The translations under genes were made by a program, and so were the position numbers. A stretch of 64,000 bases of DNA from positions 61,884 through 125,883 of the forward strand of contig DATALC010000054.1 in the NCBI GenBank assembly GCA_036261265.1, written 5' to 3'. Position 1 is the first letter of the stretch, and each line of letters opens with the position of its first letter. The notes under the pieces were generated by a model, which saw nothing but the letters and a program-made list of their open reading frames with translations, did not search any database and was not told the origin of the DNA. This DNA is from Bacteroidales bacterium. Lineage in GTDB: Bacteria; Bacteroidota; Bacteroidia; Bacteroidales; VadinHA17. Of the stretch, positions 10,379-20,348 are shown one piece after another.

Positions 10379-12781
10379 TTATTTCATCTGTCTCGCGCTT
10401 CTGAAAATAGTTCCTGCAAAAATAATAAGAGCCAGGATAAAGACAGAGTTTTTTATTCCAAGTAACGGAATAGAAAAAGAAGATATTATAAATCCGAGAG
10501 CTGATCCCATGAGATCGGAACTGTATACTTCAGAAGTGATTTCCTTTCCTGTGTTCCCGGTTGTCATATCTCTGAAGATAGTTCCTGTAATATACGCAGG
10601 GATGAATAGAAGGATGAACAGCGTAATGACTGTTAAAAGTTCATTGTTCATCTCCCTTAAAATACCGTAGCTTAAACCTGTGACAAGATAAAAAACACCA
10701 AGTATCGTACCTTTTTTCCTTATAGATAAGCGGAAATATCCTGATTCGAAACGCGAACCAGCAGCGAGGCCTGCCATTAACCCTGCAATCAGTATACCTG
10801 TCAACTGGTACATGTTTCCTGTATTCATCTGGAGAATCAGCAGCCCTGTTATTTCAAAACCTGCCAGTGACAATGCTCCTGAATACATAATAGTGTTTTT
10901 TCTTCTTATAGTGAATGCCGGAATTGCGAAGATCAAAGCCATTAGTGCAAAGGAGGGTATCTTCTCCAATGGATTCATGCTGAGAATCAATGATTGATGA
11001 TTAAGGCTTGCAACGGGGAATTCAGTCGTATTCTTTTTAGCTTCGTGATCAATTATTGACAAAAACTCCTGAGATTTTTGTTTTAAAAGATCATCAGAGA
11101 GGTAATCGGAACTCACATAAATGTTACTTATTTTTCTTAGTTCTGTTAAATAAATAACAGATGGTGAAAGTTCCTTATCCGACGCAACGAAATATAACTT
11201 ATTCCCGGCAATTGGAATTATATTTCTGAAGGTTGACTTCAGACTGTTGTATACAGAAGAATATTTCATCACATATTCTTTGTTATAATAGTTTTCCGAA
11301 ACGCCGGGAGAACACATAAAAACTCCATTGGGTGACAGTTTATTCCTGACTTCCTCAAAAAAATCTTTAGTATAATACCTGTTCAGTTGAAGAGTTGATG
11401 GGGGAGAATTGAGCATTATTACGACGTCAACAGGTTTCTTTATTTTTTTTATTGTCCTCAGTGCATCATCCTGCGAGATGATTATCGGAACTTTGACCGA
11501 ATCGGGAATGGAGGCATACATTCTGGCAAGAAAAGGATCTCTTTCGATATAAGTAATTTCATTAACCGGGTATTTTAATATTTCACCCAGATGCGAGTCA
11601 AGAGAGCCCGAGATCAGGACTATTTGAGAAGGTTTGTCGCTCTGGAGCATTGCGTAATGAATATCCTCTTCACTTTCAGTTACATCGTTAAGATATGAAA
11701 GCAAACGATGATTGTAATAAATGCTTTCCTCTCCTGATGATTCACCTGTTGTAACATTCCCGTAAGGGGTATCATGTGTTGAAATAACATTAACACCGGG
11801 GAGTAGTAACTGTCTGAAATAGATATCTACATTGAAGATCAGGACGAGAGATGATATAGTAACTGCCAGAATTTTTATGAATGTTCGCCATGGTTTTGTT
11901 ATATTGTTAAATGTTAGTAGGCTATAAGCAATTGAAACTACAAGAATGAGAAAAAAAACCTGGTATGTATTGAGGCTCCCGGCTGTCAGAACCGGAACAA
12001 GTATCCCCGATAATATACCTCCGGTAGTTTCAAGTGAGAAAGACTTACCTGCGGAATATCTCGATGACTTTATAAGTTTTATAAATGTGAATCCTGAAAT
12101 AATACAGATAGGCATCAACACAAGGAATGTGTATATGAAGCTCACAAGAAATGATGGTGTCTCTCCGGAAATTGTGAGCATTCGCGGTAAGACCAGAAGT
12201 AAAATTAACGACAGAAAAGGACCCGCGGAGAATATTGAATTTATCCTTCTGATATCGTTTAATTCTGATCTGCCGGCTAGGAAAGCTCCGTAGGCCGATA
12301 AAATGAGCCATGATCCGAAATATATGCCTGAAATAAGCTCATAACCGCCGGTAAAGTTCATTATCTCTCTTAAAAACAGCAACTGTACCGAAGAGCTGAC
12401 AAATCCAACTACAAAGAGATTAATACCGGACCTTACATGTTTCTCTATTGCTCGTTCGGAATCATTTCCTGAAACAATTCCATTGTGTTTTGTATAATAC
12501 TTCACGTGCCATAAAAAATGGAAAAAGCCTGTTATTGCAAGTATTATTCCTGCATCAACATGCAGTTTCAGAAATCTCTCTGTGAATTGAAGATTCCATT
12601 TATTGTTGACCTGTAATGCAAGAAAAATTCCGGCAAGTGCTGTGAAAGTAAATGACGCTGCAAGGATGAAGTTCCATATCTTTCTGTGAAAATGAATAGT
12701 ATAGTATCCCAATCTCTGGAAGAAAAAGCTTAACAGGTAAAAGATAGTGGCGACTGATATTGTGCCAGCGACATGATACAT
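10379..12781 (-). CDS. Polytopic membrane protein with a central spermidine-synthase-like (class I methyltransferase fold) domain
   Basis: 800 aa. Many hydrophobic helices lie on both sides of a soluble region, QIVLISGSLDSHLGEILKYPVNEITYIERDP...DVVIMLNSPP...NGVF, that aligns by eye to SpeE (VLIIGGGDGG...EID...DVII.D..DP). The GGGDGG and D..DP motifs are degenerate. The N-terminal helices are His-rich (HFH, LHVD, HFLWH). Confidence 0.75.
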   Translation of the reverse strand: MYHVAGTISVATIFYLLSFFFQRLGYYTIHFHRKIWNFILAASFTFTALAGIFLALQVNNKWNLQFTERFLKLHVDAGIILAITGFFHFLWHVKYYTKHNGIVSGNDSERAIEKHVRSGINLFVVGFVSSSVQLLFLREIMNFTGGYELISGIYFGSWLILSAYGAFLAGRSELNDIRRINSIFSAGPFLSLILLLVLPRMLTISGETPSFLVSFIYTFLVLMPICIISGFTFIKLIKSSRYSAGKSFSLETTGGILSGILVPVLTAGSLNTYQVFFLILVVSIAYSLLTFNNITKPWRTFIKILAVTISSLVLIFNVDIYFRQLLLPGVNVISTHDTPYGNVTTGESSGEESIYYNHRLLSYLNDVTESEEDIHYAMLQSDKPSQIVLISGSLDSHLGEILKYPVNEITYIERDPFLARMYASIPDSVKVPIIISQDDALRTIKKIKKPVDVVIMLNSPPSTLQLNRYYTKDFFEEVRNKLSPNGVFMCSPGVSENYYNKEYVMKYSSVYNSLKSTFRNIIPIAGNKLYFVASDKELSPSVIYLTELRKISNIYVSSDYLSDDLLKQKSQEFLSIIDHEAKKNTTEFPVASLNHQSLILSMNPLEKIPSFALMALIFAIPAFTIRRKNTIMYSGALSLAGFEITGLLILQMNTGNMYQLTGILIAGLMAGLAAGSRFESGYFRLSIRKKGTILGVFYLVTGLSYGILREMNNELLTVITLFILLFIPAYITGTIFRDMTTGNTGKEITSEVYSSDLMGSALGFIISSFSIPLLGIKNSVFILALIIFAGTIFRSARQMK

Positions 12782-12785
12782 GAAG

Positions 12786-14270
12786 TTAATTTTTCTTTTC
12801 TTCCAGAACTACTCCATCGTAGATGTACAATTCTGCATCTTTCCAGCCTTCCCAGCCTATTCCTGCCTTATCCCTTGCTGTATACCCGAGAAACTGCTCT
12901 TTTGTCCAGCCGTTTTCAGTGGCAACCTGGGGAAGCATTGTTCCGCTTCTCATATCTTTCCTCATATAGATGCCATGTTTACCGAGTATTAGCTCATCAA
13001 TGCTTTTGATCCTCTTTAACGGGCCGAGAACAGTTATCTCGAAATCTGTTTTTTCAAATTCTTTTCTTGTAAGAGGGGGGAAGCGAGGGTCTTCAAATGC
13101 GGATGATACTGCTGATGCCTGCACAACCTCATATAATGGTTCAGAGGAGATGAACCTGCCTATGCATCCCCTTAGAGCTCCGTCTATCTTTAGTGTAACG
13201 AACACTCCCATTGGCTCAGAAAGCTTTGGTGAGAGTGCAGAAATCACAGGTTTGTAAACAGTATTATCCAGCTTTGCTTTAACGCTGTTCTTCGCAAGAG
13301 TGAATAACTGTTCTTTTTCACTTTCTGTAAAAGAGAATTCCCTGCTTTCAACTTTTTCTGTGAGTGAAATCGCGTTATATCCGACTACTTCATCCTTACT
13401 GCCATAACTAGAATCTCCTGAATTTGTATAATCGATAAGGTTGTACCCGAGGTTGCCGGCATCTTCTGCAAGGTACAGAAGTGTAAGGCCCGATGTCCAT
13501 CCGCACATGCTCGTTACAAGACCTTTAAAATGTTTTTGTTCATTCTGCTCAAGCGAGTTCAGGAACAATGATGGTTTTCCTGTCATAATGCCAAGGGCTG
13601 TTCTTTTATCGGCTTCAACTGCATCTCTGTAACCCGGGTAGTGTGAAAAATCACTGCTTATTATGAACAGGTTTTCTTTTGTGAAGTATGGTTTCAGGGC
13701 TTCTGCAATTTTCCTGAGAGTACCTTCTTTCTGTGTTCCTATTATTATCGGAACAATCTTTGCCTGATGTTTGAAATGATACTGGATGAATGGAATCTGT
13801 ACTTCAATGCTGTGTTCCTGGATATGTGCTGTAACAGGATAGTTAAATACATTGTTGTCTTTAATCAGCTTATCGGCTAATTCCCTGTTGACTGCTACTT
13901 TCCCCAATGGGGTGATATAATCGCCGATATTATACACTGAAGCCCCGTCGAAAGACATCACATGACTCGATCCTATTATGAAAATATTATTGAACGTTGC
14001 ATCAGAAGGTATTGAATAATATGCACTTGCAGCTGTCTTTCCTGAAAACACATAACCAGCATGCGGAACAATTATAGCACGCACAACGTTATCCCCATCG
14101 CTTTTTTTACATTCCCTGAAAAATCCTTCAAGATCATTTTTAAGAGTTGTTTTATCTGCTGAATAGAACCTTCCTGCCGCAACTGGTTGTCTGTCAGTTA
14201 TATTGTTTTGTGATGAGGCTTCCATAGCAAAGAGTAATAGTGAAACAAAGGATATGAGTAGAATGCGCAT
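12786..14270 (-). CDS. Memo-like / AMMECR1 fusion protein (AmmeMemoRadiSam proteins B+A) with a signal peptide
   Basis: N-terminus MRILLISFVSLLLFAMEASSQ. Memo motifs are present: RFYSAD, IIVPHAGYVFSG, IIGSSH, SSDFSHY and SMCGW. The C-terminal AMMECR1 motif is GALRGCIGRF. The stop is 4 nt before the next gene's ATG. Confidence 0.85.
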   Translation of the reverse strand: MRILLISFVSLLLFAMEASSQNNITDRQPVAAGRFYSADKTTLKNDLEGFFRECKKSDGDNVVRAIIVPHAGYVFSGKTAASAYYSIPSDATFNNIFIIGSSHVMSFDGASVYNIGDYITPLGKVAVNRELADKLIKDNNVFNYPVTAHIQEHSIEVQIPFIQYHFKHQAKIVPIIIGTQKEGTLRKIAEALKPYFTKENLFIISSDFSHYPGYRDAVEADKRTALGIMTGKPSLFLNSLEQNEQKHFKGLVTSMCGWTSGLTLLYLAEDAGNLGYNLIDYTNSGDSSYGSKDEVVGYNAISLTEKVESREFSFTESEKEQLFTLAKNSVKAKLDNTVYKPVISALSPKLSEPMGVFVTLKIDGALRGCIGRFISSEPLYEVVQASAVSSAFEDPRFPPLTRKEFEKTDFEITVLGPLKRIKSIDELILGKHGIYMRKDMRSGTMLPQVATENGWTKEQFLGYTARDKAGIGWEGWKDAELYIYDGVVLEEKKN

Positions 14271-14339
14271 GACCCTGACACTAAAATTTGCTAAAGTTAC
14301 AAAAAAACTCTTTGAAGTATAACTAGTTGGAAAAGGGAA

Positions 14340-14819
14340 TCAGATGAATACTGTCGATTCTTTCATTATGGCTCCTTTTACTCCTGTGCCATAAATTTTA
14401 ATACCTATACTGATCGTGGGATTACCGATCATGTCCATTATCGGGCTTAAAGCTTCTTTCAGGTCTTCCTGCTGCATAGAATCGAAATCTTCAATGTCAA
14501 AATATAGGTGGATAAAAAGAGTATAATCAGTTTTATCAACTGAACATAACGCTTTTATAATTTTTGCGAACCAGATTGAGGATGAAGAATTGAAGTATTC
14601 AAGATTCAGCCTGAGATTAGTCACAGAGCGCGGATTTTCTGCGTATGTCTGAACCCACTTAAGAACGTTTTCATAGAGTGCTGCTGAATTCTCGGGTATT
14701 GATTTTCCACAGAAAATCAGCTCACCTGTCAAATGATTAAGGTCAATCTGTGGGGTCTTTACACCAGCTTCAATAAACAACTCTTTAATTTCCACTTTTG
14801 AGGAATATAGGTTCACCAA
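14340..14819 (-). CDS. DUF1987 / SiaC-like small protein
   Basis: 159 aa. TPQIDLN..GELIFCGKSIPENSAALYENVLKWV..Y......LRLNLEYFNSSSS matches the SiaC-family pattern (G.S.PEN...Y..V..W, L.YFN.SS). The start codon is non-ATG (TTG 14819 or GTG 14816). Confidence 0.6.
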   Translation of the reverse strand: MVNLYSSKVEIKELFIEAGVKTPQIDLNHLTGELIFCGKSIPENSAALYENVLKWVQTYAENPRSVTNLRLNLEYFNSSSSIWFAKIIKALCSVDKTDYTLFIHLYFDIEDFDSMQQEDLKEALSPIMDMIGNPTISIGIKIYGTGVKGAIMKESTVFI

Positions 14820-14946
14820 AAATATGATATCTTTTTTATTTGCATTTGCTGCTTAGTCAAAAAGAGAAGCCCTGTCGTCAATAAATTAAATTAGGTTTCA
14901 CATATCTGTGCTTAAGCCTTATGAATAAATTCTAACTGTAAAACAT

Positions 14947-14954
14947 TATCTTTG
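14947..14954 (+). promoter_or_regulatory. Candidate -7 box TATCTTTG upstream of argS
   Basis: Matches TAnnTTTG, 20 nt before the argS ATG. Confidence 0.45.
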
Positions 14955-14974
14955 CCACCGAATTTGAAAATACG

Positions 14975-16762
14975 ATGGAAATCATTCTTAAAAAGAAAAT
15001 CAGTGAGGCTGTAAAAATTCTGTTTAACAACGATATTCAGGATGAGCTTATTCAATTACAGGAAACAAGGAAAGATTTCAGAGGTGATTTCACACTCGTG
15101 GTTTTTCCTCTTCTCAGATTTTCAAAAAATACTCCTGAGAAAACAGGTGAATTGATCGGAAATTATCTTGTATCTCATTTTGAAGCAATATCCCGGTTCA
15201 ATGTAATTAAAGGCTTCCTTAATCTCGAAGTAGCTGATTCATGGTGGATAGATTACTTTAAGAACATTGCAGGAGGCCTCGATCCGTTATCAGCCGCACA
15301 GGTGAGTAAACCTGAGATAATTCTTGTGGAGTATTCATCTCCAAATACAAATAAGCCTCTTCACCTGGGCCATATTCGCAACAACCTGCTTGGATATTCT
15401 CTTTACCGTATCCTGTCTTCGTGCGGACATAAGGTAATCAAAACAAATATAGTTAACGACAGGGGTATTCATATCTGTAAATCGATGCTTGCCTGGCAGA
15501 AATTCGGAAATGGAGAGACACCGGAAACTTCAGGAATGAAAGGTGATCATCTTGTTGGTAAATATTATGTCCTGTTTGATAAGGAGTACAAAGCGCAGAC
15601 TGAACAGCTCATAAACCAGGGCATGAGCGAAAATGAGGCAAAGAACAACGCTCCGTTTATGAAAGAAGCAAGGGAGATGCTGCTGAAGTGGGAAGCCGGT
15701 GACAAAGAAGTTGTTGACCTCTGGAAAACAATGAATTCATGGGTTTATGCAGGTTTTGACGAAACCTACAGGAAGCTTGGCGTTGAGTTTGACAGGATAT
15801 ATTATGAATCCGAAACATATAAGCTTGGAAAAGAGATTGTGTTGTCGGCTCTGAAAAAAAATATATTGTATCAGAATGACGATAGCTCGATATGGGCAGA
15901 TCTTTCAAACGAGGGACTTGACCAGAAGCTATTGTTAAGATCCGACGGTACAGCGGTATACATGACCCAGGATCTCGGAACTGCAGTTGATCGCTATAAC
16001 GATTACAAATTCAATAAAAGTGTCTATGTTGTCGGAAATGAACAAAACTATCATTTCCAGGTTTTAAGGGCAATTCTTAAAAGGATGGGGTATGAGTGGT
16101 CCGATGGGCTTATTCATTTTTCATACGGCATGGTCGAGCTCCCTGAAGGTCGCATGAAATCCCGCGAAGGAACTGTTGTTGATGCCGACGATCTTATAGC
16201 TGAAATGCAGGACACTGCAAGAGATGTCTCACTTGAGCTTGGAAAGCTGACCGGTTTCTCAAATGAGGAAAAGGATGATATCTTCAGGAAAGTTGGTCTC
16301 GGCGCGCTTAAATATTATATTCTTAAAGTTGATCCAAAGAAGAATATGACATTTAATCCTGCTGAGTCGATAGACTTCAATGGTAATACCGGACCCTTCA
16401 TTCAATATACCTATGCCAGGATTAAGTCTGTTTTCAGAAAGGCTGAACAGATGAACATCACTGAAGATCTCGCAGGTATTGGTAAAGCTTCTGTGGGTAA
16501 GAAAGAGATCGATCTTATAAGACTTCTGAGAAAGTTTCCTGAAATTGTTTCAGAAGCCGCATCAGAATACAGTCCTGCGCTGATTGCAAATTATTGTTAT
16601 GAACTGTCGAAAGAATATAACCAGTTCTATCATGACTTTACAATACTGGGAGAAACTGATGCCTCAATAAGAAATTTCAGACTTGTGCTGTCAAGGGTCA
16701 CAAGCGAGGTTATTTTCAGAGGGATGTGGTTGCTTGGCATCGAAATGCCTGAAAGAATGTAA
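14975..16762 (+). CDS. argS: Arginine--tRNA ligase
   Basis: 595 aa. Class I HIGH motif (PLHLGHIRN), MKSREG in place of KMSKS, and the C-terminal anticodon-binding (DALR) region. Confidence 0.95.
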   Translation: MEIILKKKISEAVKILFNNDIQDELIQLQETRKDFRGDFTLVVFPLLRFSKNTPEKTGELIGNYLVSHFEAISRFNVIKGFLNLEVADSWWIDYFKNIAGGLDPLSAAQVSKPEIILVEYSSPNTNKPLHLGHIRNNLLGYSLYRILSSCGHKVIKTNIVNDRGIHICKSMLAWQKFGNGETPETSGMKGDHLVGKYYVLFDKEYKAQTEQLINQGMSENEAKNNAPFMKEAREMLLKWEAGDKEVVDLWKTMNSWVYAGFDETYRKLGVEFDRIYYESETYKLGKEIVLSALKKNILYQNDDSSIWADLSNEGLDQKLLLRSDGTAVYMTQDLGTAVDRYNDYKFNKSVYVVGNEQNYHFQVLRAILKRMGYEWSDGLIHFSYGMVELPEGRMKSREGTVVDADDLIAEMQDTARDVSLELGKLTGFSNEEKDDIFRKVGLGALKYYILKVDPKKNMTFNPAESIDFNGNTGPFIQYTYARIKSVFRKAEQMNITEDLAGIGKASVGKKEIDLIRLLRKFPEIVSEAASEYSPALIANYCYELSKEYNQFYHDFTILGETDASIRNFRLVLSRVTSEVIFRGMWLLGIEMPERM

Positions 16763-16805
16763 TTCTTAAAAAACGATTAAACAATTATTAACTCCTTAAT
16801 ACAAT

Positions 16806-18125
16806 ATGTTTGAGAATTTAAGCGACAGGTTGGAGAAATCCTTTAAAATTCTTAAAGGACAGGGCAGGATCTCGGAGATTAACATTGCTGAGACGCTGAA
16901 AGAGGTACGCAGAGCCCTTCTCGATGCCGACGTTAACTTTAAAATTGCAAAGCAGTTCACCGACACAATAAAGCAGAAAGCCATAGGACAGGAGGTCATC
17001 AAATCTGTGAATCCATCTCAGATGATGATCAAGATCGTTCACGATGAGCTTGTCGAGCTTATGGGCGGTGATAAAACTGATATAAATATAAAGATCAATC
17101 CCTCGGTTATCCTGATCGCAGGTCTTCAGGGTTCTGGAAAGACAACTTTCAGCGGGAAGCTTGCAAAGCTTATTAAGAGCAAGCGTGGAAAACATCCTCT
17201 TCTCGTTGCAGGCGACGTTTACAGGCCCGCTGCAATCGAGCAGCTTAAAGTAATTGCTTCACAGATCGAAGTCCCGGTCTATACGGAGGATGGTAATATG
17301 AACCCAATAGCGATAGCGAAAAATGCAGTTCGCGAGGCTAAGATGAAGGGGAACGACGTTGTAATAATCGATACTGCGGGTCGTCTCGCAATTGACGAAC
17401 AGATGATGAATGAGATAGCTGCCGTGAAGGATGCAGTCAATCCTCATGAGATATTGTTCGTAGTCGATTCAATGACAGGACAGGATGCAGTTAATACTGC
17501 AAGGGAATTCAACGAAAGGCTTGATTTTGACGGCGTTGTTCTTACAAAGCTTGATGGTGATACCCGCGGTGGTGCAGCCTTATCAATCAAATCGGTCGTA
17601 AATAAGCCTATCAAGTTCGTCAGCTCAGGCGAAAAAATGGATGCTGTCGACATTTTCTATCCTTCAAGGATGGCAGATCGTATTCTTGGCATGGGCGATA
17701 TTGTTTCACTTGTTGAAAAAGCCCAGGAACAATATGATCTCGAGGAAGCTCGTAAGCTTCAGAAGAAGATTGCGAAGGATCAGTTTAATTTCGACGATTT
17801 TCTTGCACAGATTCAGCAGATAAAGAAGATGGGAAATGTCAAGGATCTCATGGCAATGATACCGGGTGTTGGAAAGGCAATTAAAGATCTCGACATTGAT
17901 GATAATGCTTTTAAGGGAATTGAAGCGATAATAAGGAGCATGACCCCGGAAGAAAGGAGCAATCCTCTTGTTCTCAACGGCAGCCGGCGTAAGCGGATCG
18001 CCACTGGAAGCGGTACAAGTGTCCAGGACGTAAATAAGCTTGTGAAACAGTTCGACGAAACACGCCGTATGATGAAAATGATGACAACAAAAGGAAATGT
18101 TGCCGGAATGATGCGAAGAAAATAA
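16806..18125 (+). CDS. ffh: Signal recognition particle protein Ffh
   Basis: 439 aa. GTPase motifs [14 protein letters not shown] and TKLDGD, followed by a Met-rich M domain ([15 protein letters not shown]). Confidence 0.97.
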   Translation: MFENLSDRLEKSFKILKGQGRISEINIAETLKEVRRALLDADVNFKIAKQFTDTIKQKAIGQEVIKSVNPSQMMIKIVHDELVELMGGDKTDINIKINPSVILIAGLQGSGKTTFSGKLAKLIKSKRGKHPLLVAGDVYRPAAIEQLKVIASQIEVPVYTEDGNMNPIAIAKNAVREAKMKGNDVVIIDTAGRLAIDEQMMNEIAAVKDAVNPHEILFVVDSMTGQDAVNTAREFNERLDFDGVVLTKLDGDTRGGAALSIKSVVNKPIKFVSSGEKMDAVDIFYPSRMADRILGMGDIVSLVEKAQEQYDLEEARKLQKKIAKDQFNFDDFLAQIQQIKKMGNVKDLMAMIPGVGKAIKDLDIDDNAFKGIEAIIRSMTPEERSNPLVLNGSRRKRIATGSGTSVQDVNKLVKQFDETRRMMKMMTTKGNVAGMMRRK

Positions 18126-18133
18126 GCGCCTGT

Positions 18134-19000
18134 ATGTATACTATTATTGACGGTAAAAAAATTGCTGCTGAAATCAGAAGCGAAATCGCAGATGAGGTTT
18201 TAAAGATGAAATCTGCGGGGAAGAAGATCCCTCATCTCGCTGCAATTCTTGTCGGAAACGACCCCTCAAGCGAGAGCTACGTGGCAAATAAGGTAAAGGA
18301 TTGTAATGAGGTAGGCTTCCGGTCAAGTCTGATCCGCTTTAACACTGATGTTACGGAGAAAGAATTGTTGTCAAAAATAAATGAACTGAACAATGACAGC
18401 GATATCGATGCGTTCATTGTTCAGCTTCCATTGCCGCTGCATATTTCAGATAATAAGATAATTGAGTCAATTAATCCTGATAAGGACGCTGATGGCTTTC
18501 ATCCTGTTAACCTCGGCAGGATGCTCATTGGTGAAAAAGCATTTCTTCCTGCAACTCCATTTGGCATTCTTGAACTTCTTCAACGATATAAGATTCCTAC
18601 ATCAGGTTCTAACTGCGTAATAATAGGCAGAAGCAATATTGTTGGAAGACCTCTCAGCGTTTTGTTATCGAAAAAAGGAGTCGATGCAACTGTAACAGTT
18701 GTTCACAGCCGCTCAAGAAATATTAAGGACATTGTATCATCGGCTGATATAATAGTCGCTGCAATCGGGTCACCCGGATTTGTGACTGCCGATATGGTGC
18801 AGGAAGGGGCTGTTGTAATCGATGTTGGAACAACCCGTGTGAAAAGCTCTGCATCGAAATCAGGTTTCAGGCTCACAGGTGATGTTGATTTCGAAAATGT
18901 GGCGCCAAAATGCTCGTTCATTACTCCGGTTCCTGGCGGAGTGGGGCCAATGACAAGAGTTTCCCTTCTGAAGAACACAATGATGGCTGTTACAAGGTGA
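18134..19000 (+). CDS. folD: Bifunctional methylenetetrahydrofolate dehydrogenase / methenyl-THF cyclohydrolase
   Basis: 288 aa with [12 protein letters not shown] and [10 protein letters not shown]. Confidence 0.95.
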   Translation: MYTIIDGKKIAAEIRSEIADEVLKMKSAGKKIPHLAAILVGNDPSSESYVANKVKDCNEVGFRSSLIRFNTDVTEKELLSKINELNNDSDIDAFIVQLPLPLHISDNKIIESINPDKDADGFHPVNLGRMLIGEKAFLPATPFGILELLQRYKIPTSGSNCVIIGRSNIVGRPLSVLLSKKGVDATVTVVHSRSRNIKDIVSSADIIVAAIGSPGFVTADMVQEGAVVIDVGTTRVKSSASKSGFRLTGDVDFENVAPKCSFITPVPGGVGPMTRVSLLKNTMMAVTR

Positions 19001-19016
19001 GCTGCTTATAGGGCTT

Positions 19017-20027
19017 TTACTCGAAATCTATACCTGTGAAATAAAGATCATATCCACCCTGGCCGCCCGGCCTGTCAGATGAAAACATCATAAAATAATT
19101 AGTGAAATTATCCTGCAGGCCAAGAACAGGCCTGTATTCATTAGATGCCGAGTTGACAGAGGGTCCGAAGTTCATGGGCGAGCTCCATGAGCCATTCTTC
19201 ATAACGGAATAATAAAGATCAAAACCACCCAGTCCGCCAGGCCGGTCAGATGAAAAAACAATTACTTTTCCAAAAACCTGCGGGCACTTATCATCAGCGC
19301 TGCTGTTCAGGTTTGTTACTGCCGTTAATGAAGCCCCGTTTTGTATGAACCAGGCGCTTATTTCAGTTTTTGGTGGTTTATGAAGCATATAGATATCGAA
19401 ATCACCATTTCTTGATGAACAAAGGTATGCAGTGTCCTGCGTGCTGTTAATACTGAAATATGCATCATCAGAAGTAGAATTAAATACACTTACAGTGACA
19501 GGTCCGCTAATTTGAGGCACAGCCTGGCTGAATTGCGGCCTGTTTCTCAGATATTGAATATCAAGATTCCCTTCAGAATTGACTGATGAAAACATGAGAT
19601 ACTCATATCCGTCCTCGTTACAGTAAAACCTGTATGGCCCGAATTCATTCTTCTGTGTATTTGCTTTTGTAATAAGTGCGCTTATATAGGAGTCATTGCC
19701 GATTGACGATGTAAGGCTGAAATTGCCATTTGTCTGGTCGAAAACAAATGTGATCATTCCCTGTACAAGGTCAAACTGGTTTCCTGAACTGTTCCTGTTA
19801 CTTGAGAATATGACCGGCCCGCTTCCTGATAGCTGATATAAATCGAGATTATAATCATCATATTGAGAGTTTATGCTACCCATGTTGATGACGGTATCGG
19901 GGAAAAAACCAGAAGAATATTTGACCGGATTATCGTTCTTCTTTGAGCAACCTGTTATATTCAGATAGAACAAAGTGATTGCCAGGACAAAAATGTATTT
20001 TGATGATGAATGTATCTGTTGGTTCAT
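19017..20027 (-). CDS. Lipoprotein with TolB-like (PD40 / WD40-like beta-propeller) repeats
   Basis: Lipobox LNITGC after a hydrophobic leader. The motifs FSSDRPGG(L/Q)GG(F/Y)DLY(Y/F) and FSSNR are typical of PD40 repeats. Start set to the ATG at 20027. The track's GTG at 20051 falls inside a -7 box. Confidence 0.7.
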   Translation of the reverse strand: MNQQIHSSSKYIFVLAITLFYLNITGCSKKNDNPVKYSSGFFPDTVINMGSINSQYDDYNLDLYQLSGSGPVIFSSNRNSSGNQFDLVQGMITFVFDQTNGNFSLTSSIGNDSYISALITKANTQKNEFGPYRFYCNEDGYEYLMFSSVNSEGNLDIQYLRNRPQFSQAVPQISGPVTVSVFNSTSDDAYFSINSTQDTAYLCSSRNGDFDIYMLHKPPKTEISAWFIQNGASLTAVTNLNSSADDKCPQVFGKVIVFSSDRPGGLGGFDLYYSVMKNGSWSSPMNFGPSVNSASNEYRPVLGLQDNFTNYFMMFSSDRPGGQGGYDLYFTGIDFE

Positions 20028-20050
20028 TTTTATCAGTCTAAGGGTATTCA

Positions 20051-20058
20051 CAAATATA
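20051..20058 (-). promoter_or_regulatory. Candidate -7 box TATATTTG for the PD40 lipoprotein gene
   Basis: Minus-strand TATATTTG, 23 nt upstream of the ATG at 20027. Confidence 0.45.
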
Positions 20059-20070
20059 ATAAAAATGAAA

Positions 20071-20091
20071 AACCGGGAGGGTATCCCGGTT
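20071..20091 (-). other. GC-rich hairpin (terminator-like on the minus strand) upstream of the lipoprotein promoter
   Basis: An 8-bp stem, aaccggga / tcccggtt, with a 5-nt loop. On the minus strand it is followed by TTTCATTTTT. No annotated minus-strand gene ends here. Confidence 0.35.
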
Positions 20092-20323
20092 TCTCGAAGG
20101 TTGAATTTAGGTTAATTTTAGGAAAATAGAGTGTGGTTTTAATCAATACTAATCAATTTATAGTTGATAGATGGAAATTCAGCCTTTATGGTTGCGTTAC
20201 CCCGGAAAAAAAACATGTATTATATGCGATATGATTGTATATACATGAAATACAGATAGATATTAAAATTCCTTATTGTTAATAAATGATATTTTGTAAC
20301 AGTCACCTTATAAAAAATAGTGT

Positions 20324-20331
20324 TAATTTTG
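20324..20331 (+). promoter_or_regulatory. Candidate -7 box TAATTTTG upstream of the TPR gene
   Basis: Matches TAnnTTTG, 17 nt before the ATG at 20349. This supports that start over the track's 20286. Confidence 0.45.
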
Positions 20332-20348
20332 TATTTTATTTGTGCGCT

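Noticed and set aside
20286-20348. Upstream start (20286) for the TPR protein
   Set aside because: It adds a hydrophobic, Cys-containing stretch that overlaps the -7 box at 20324..20331. The ATG at 20349 (MEDDKF) follows the promoter motif.
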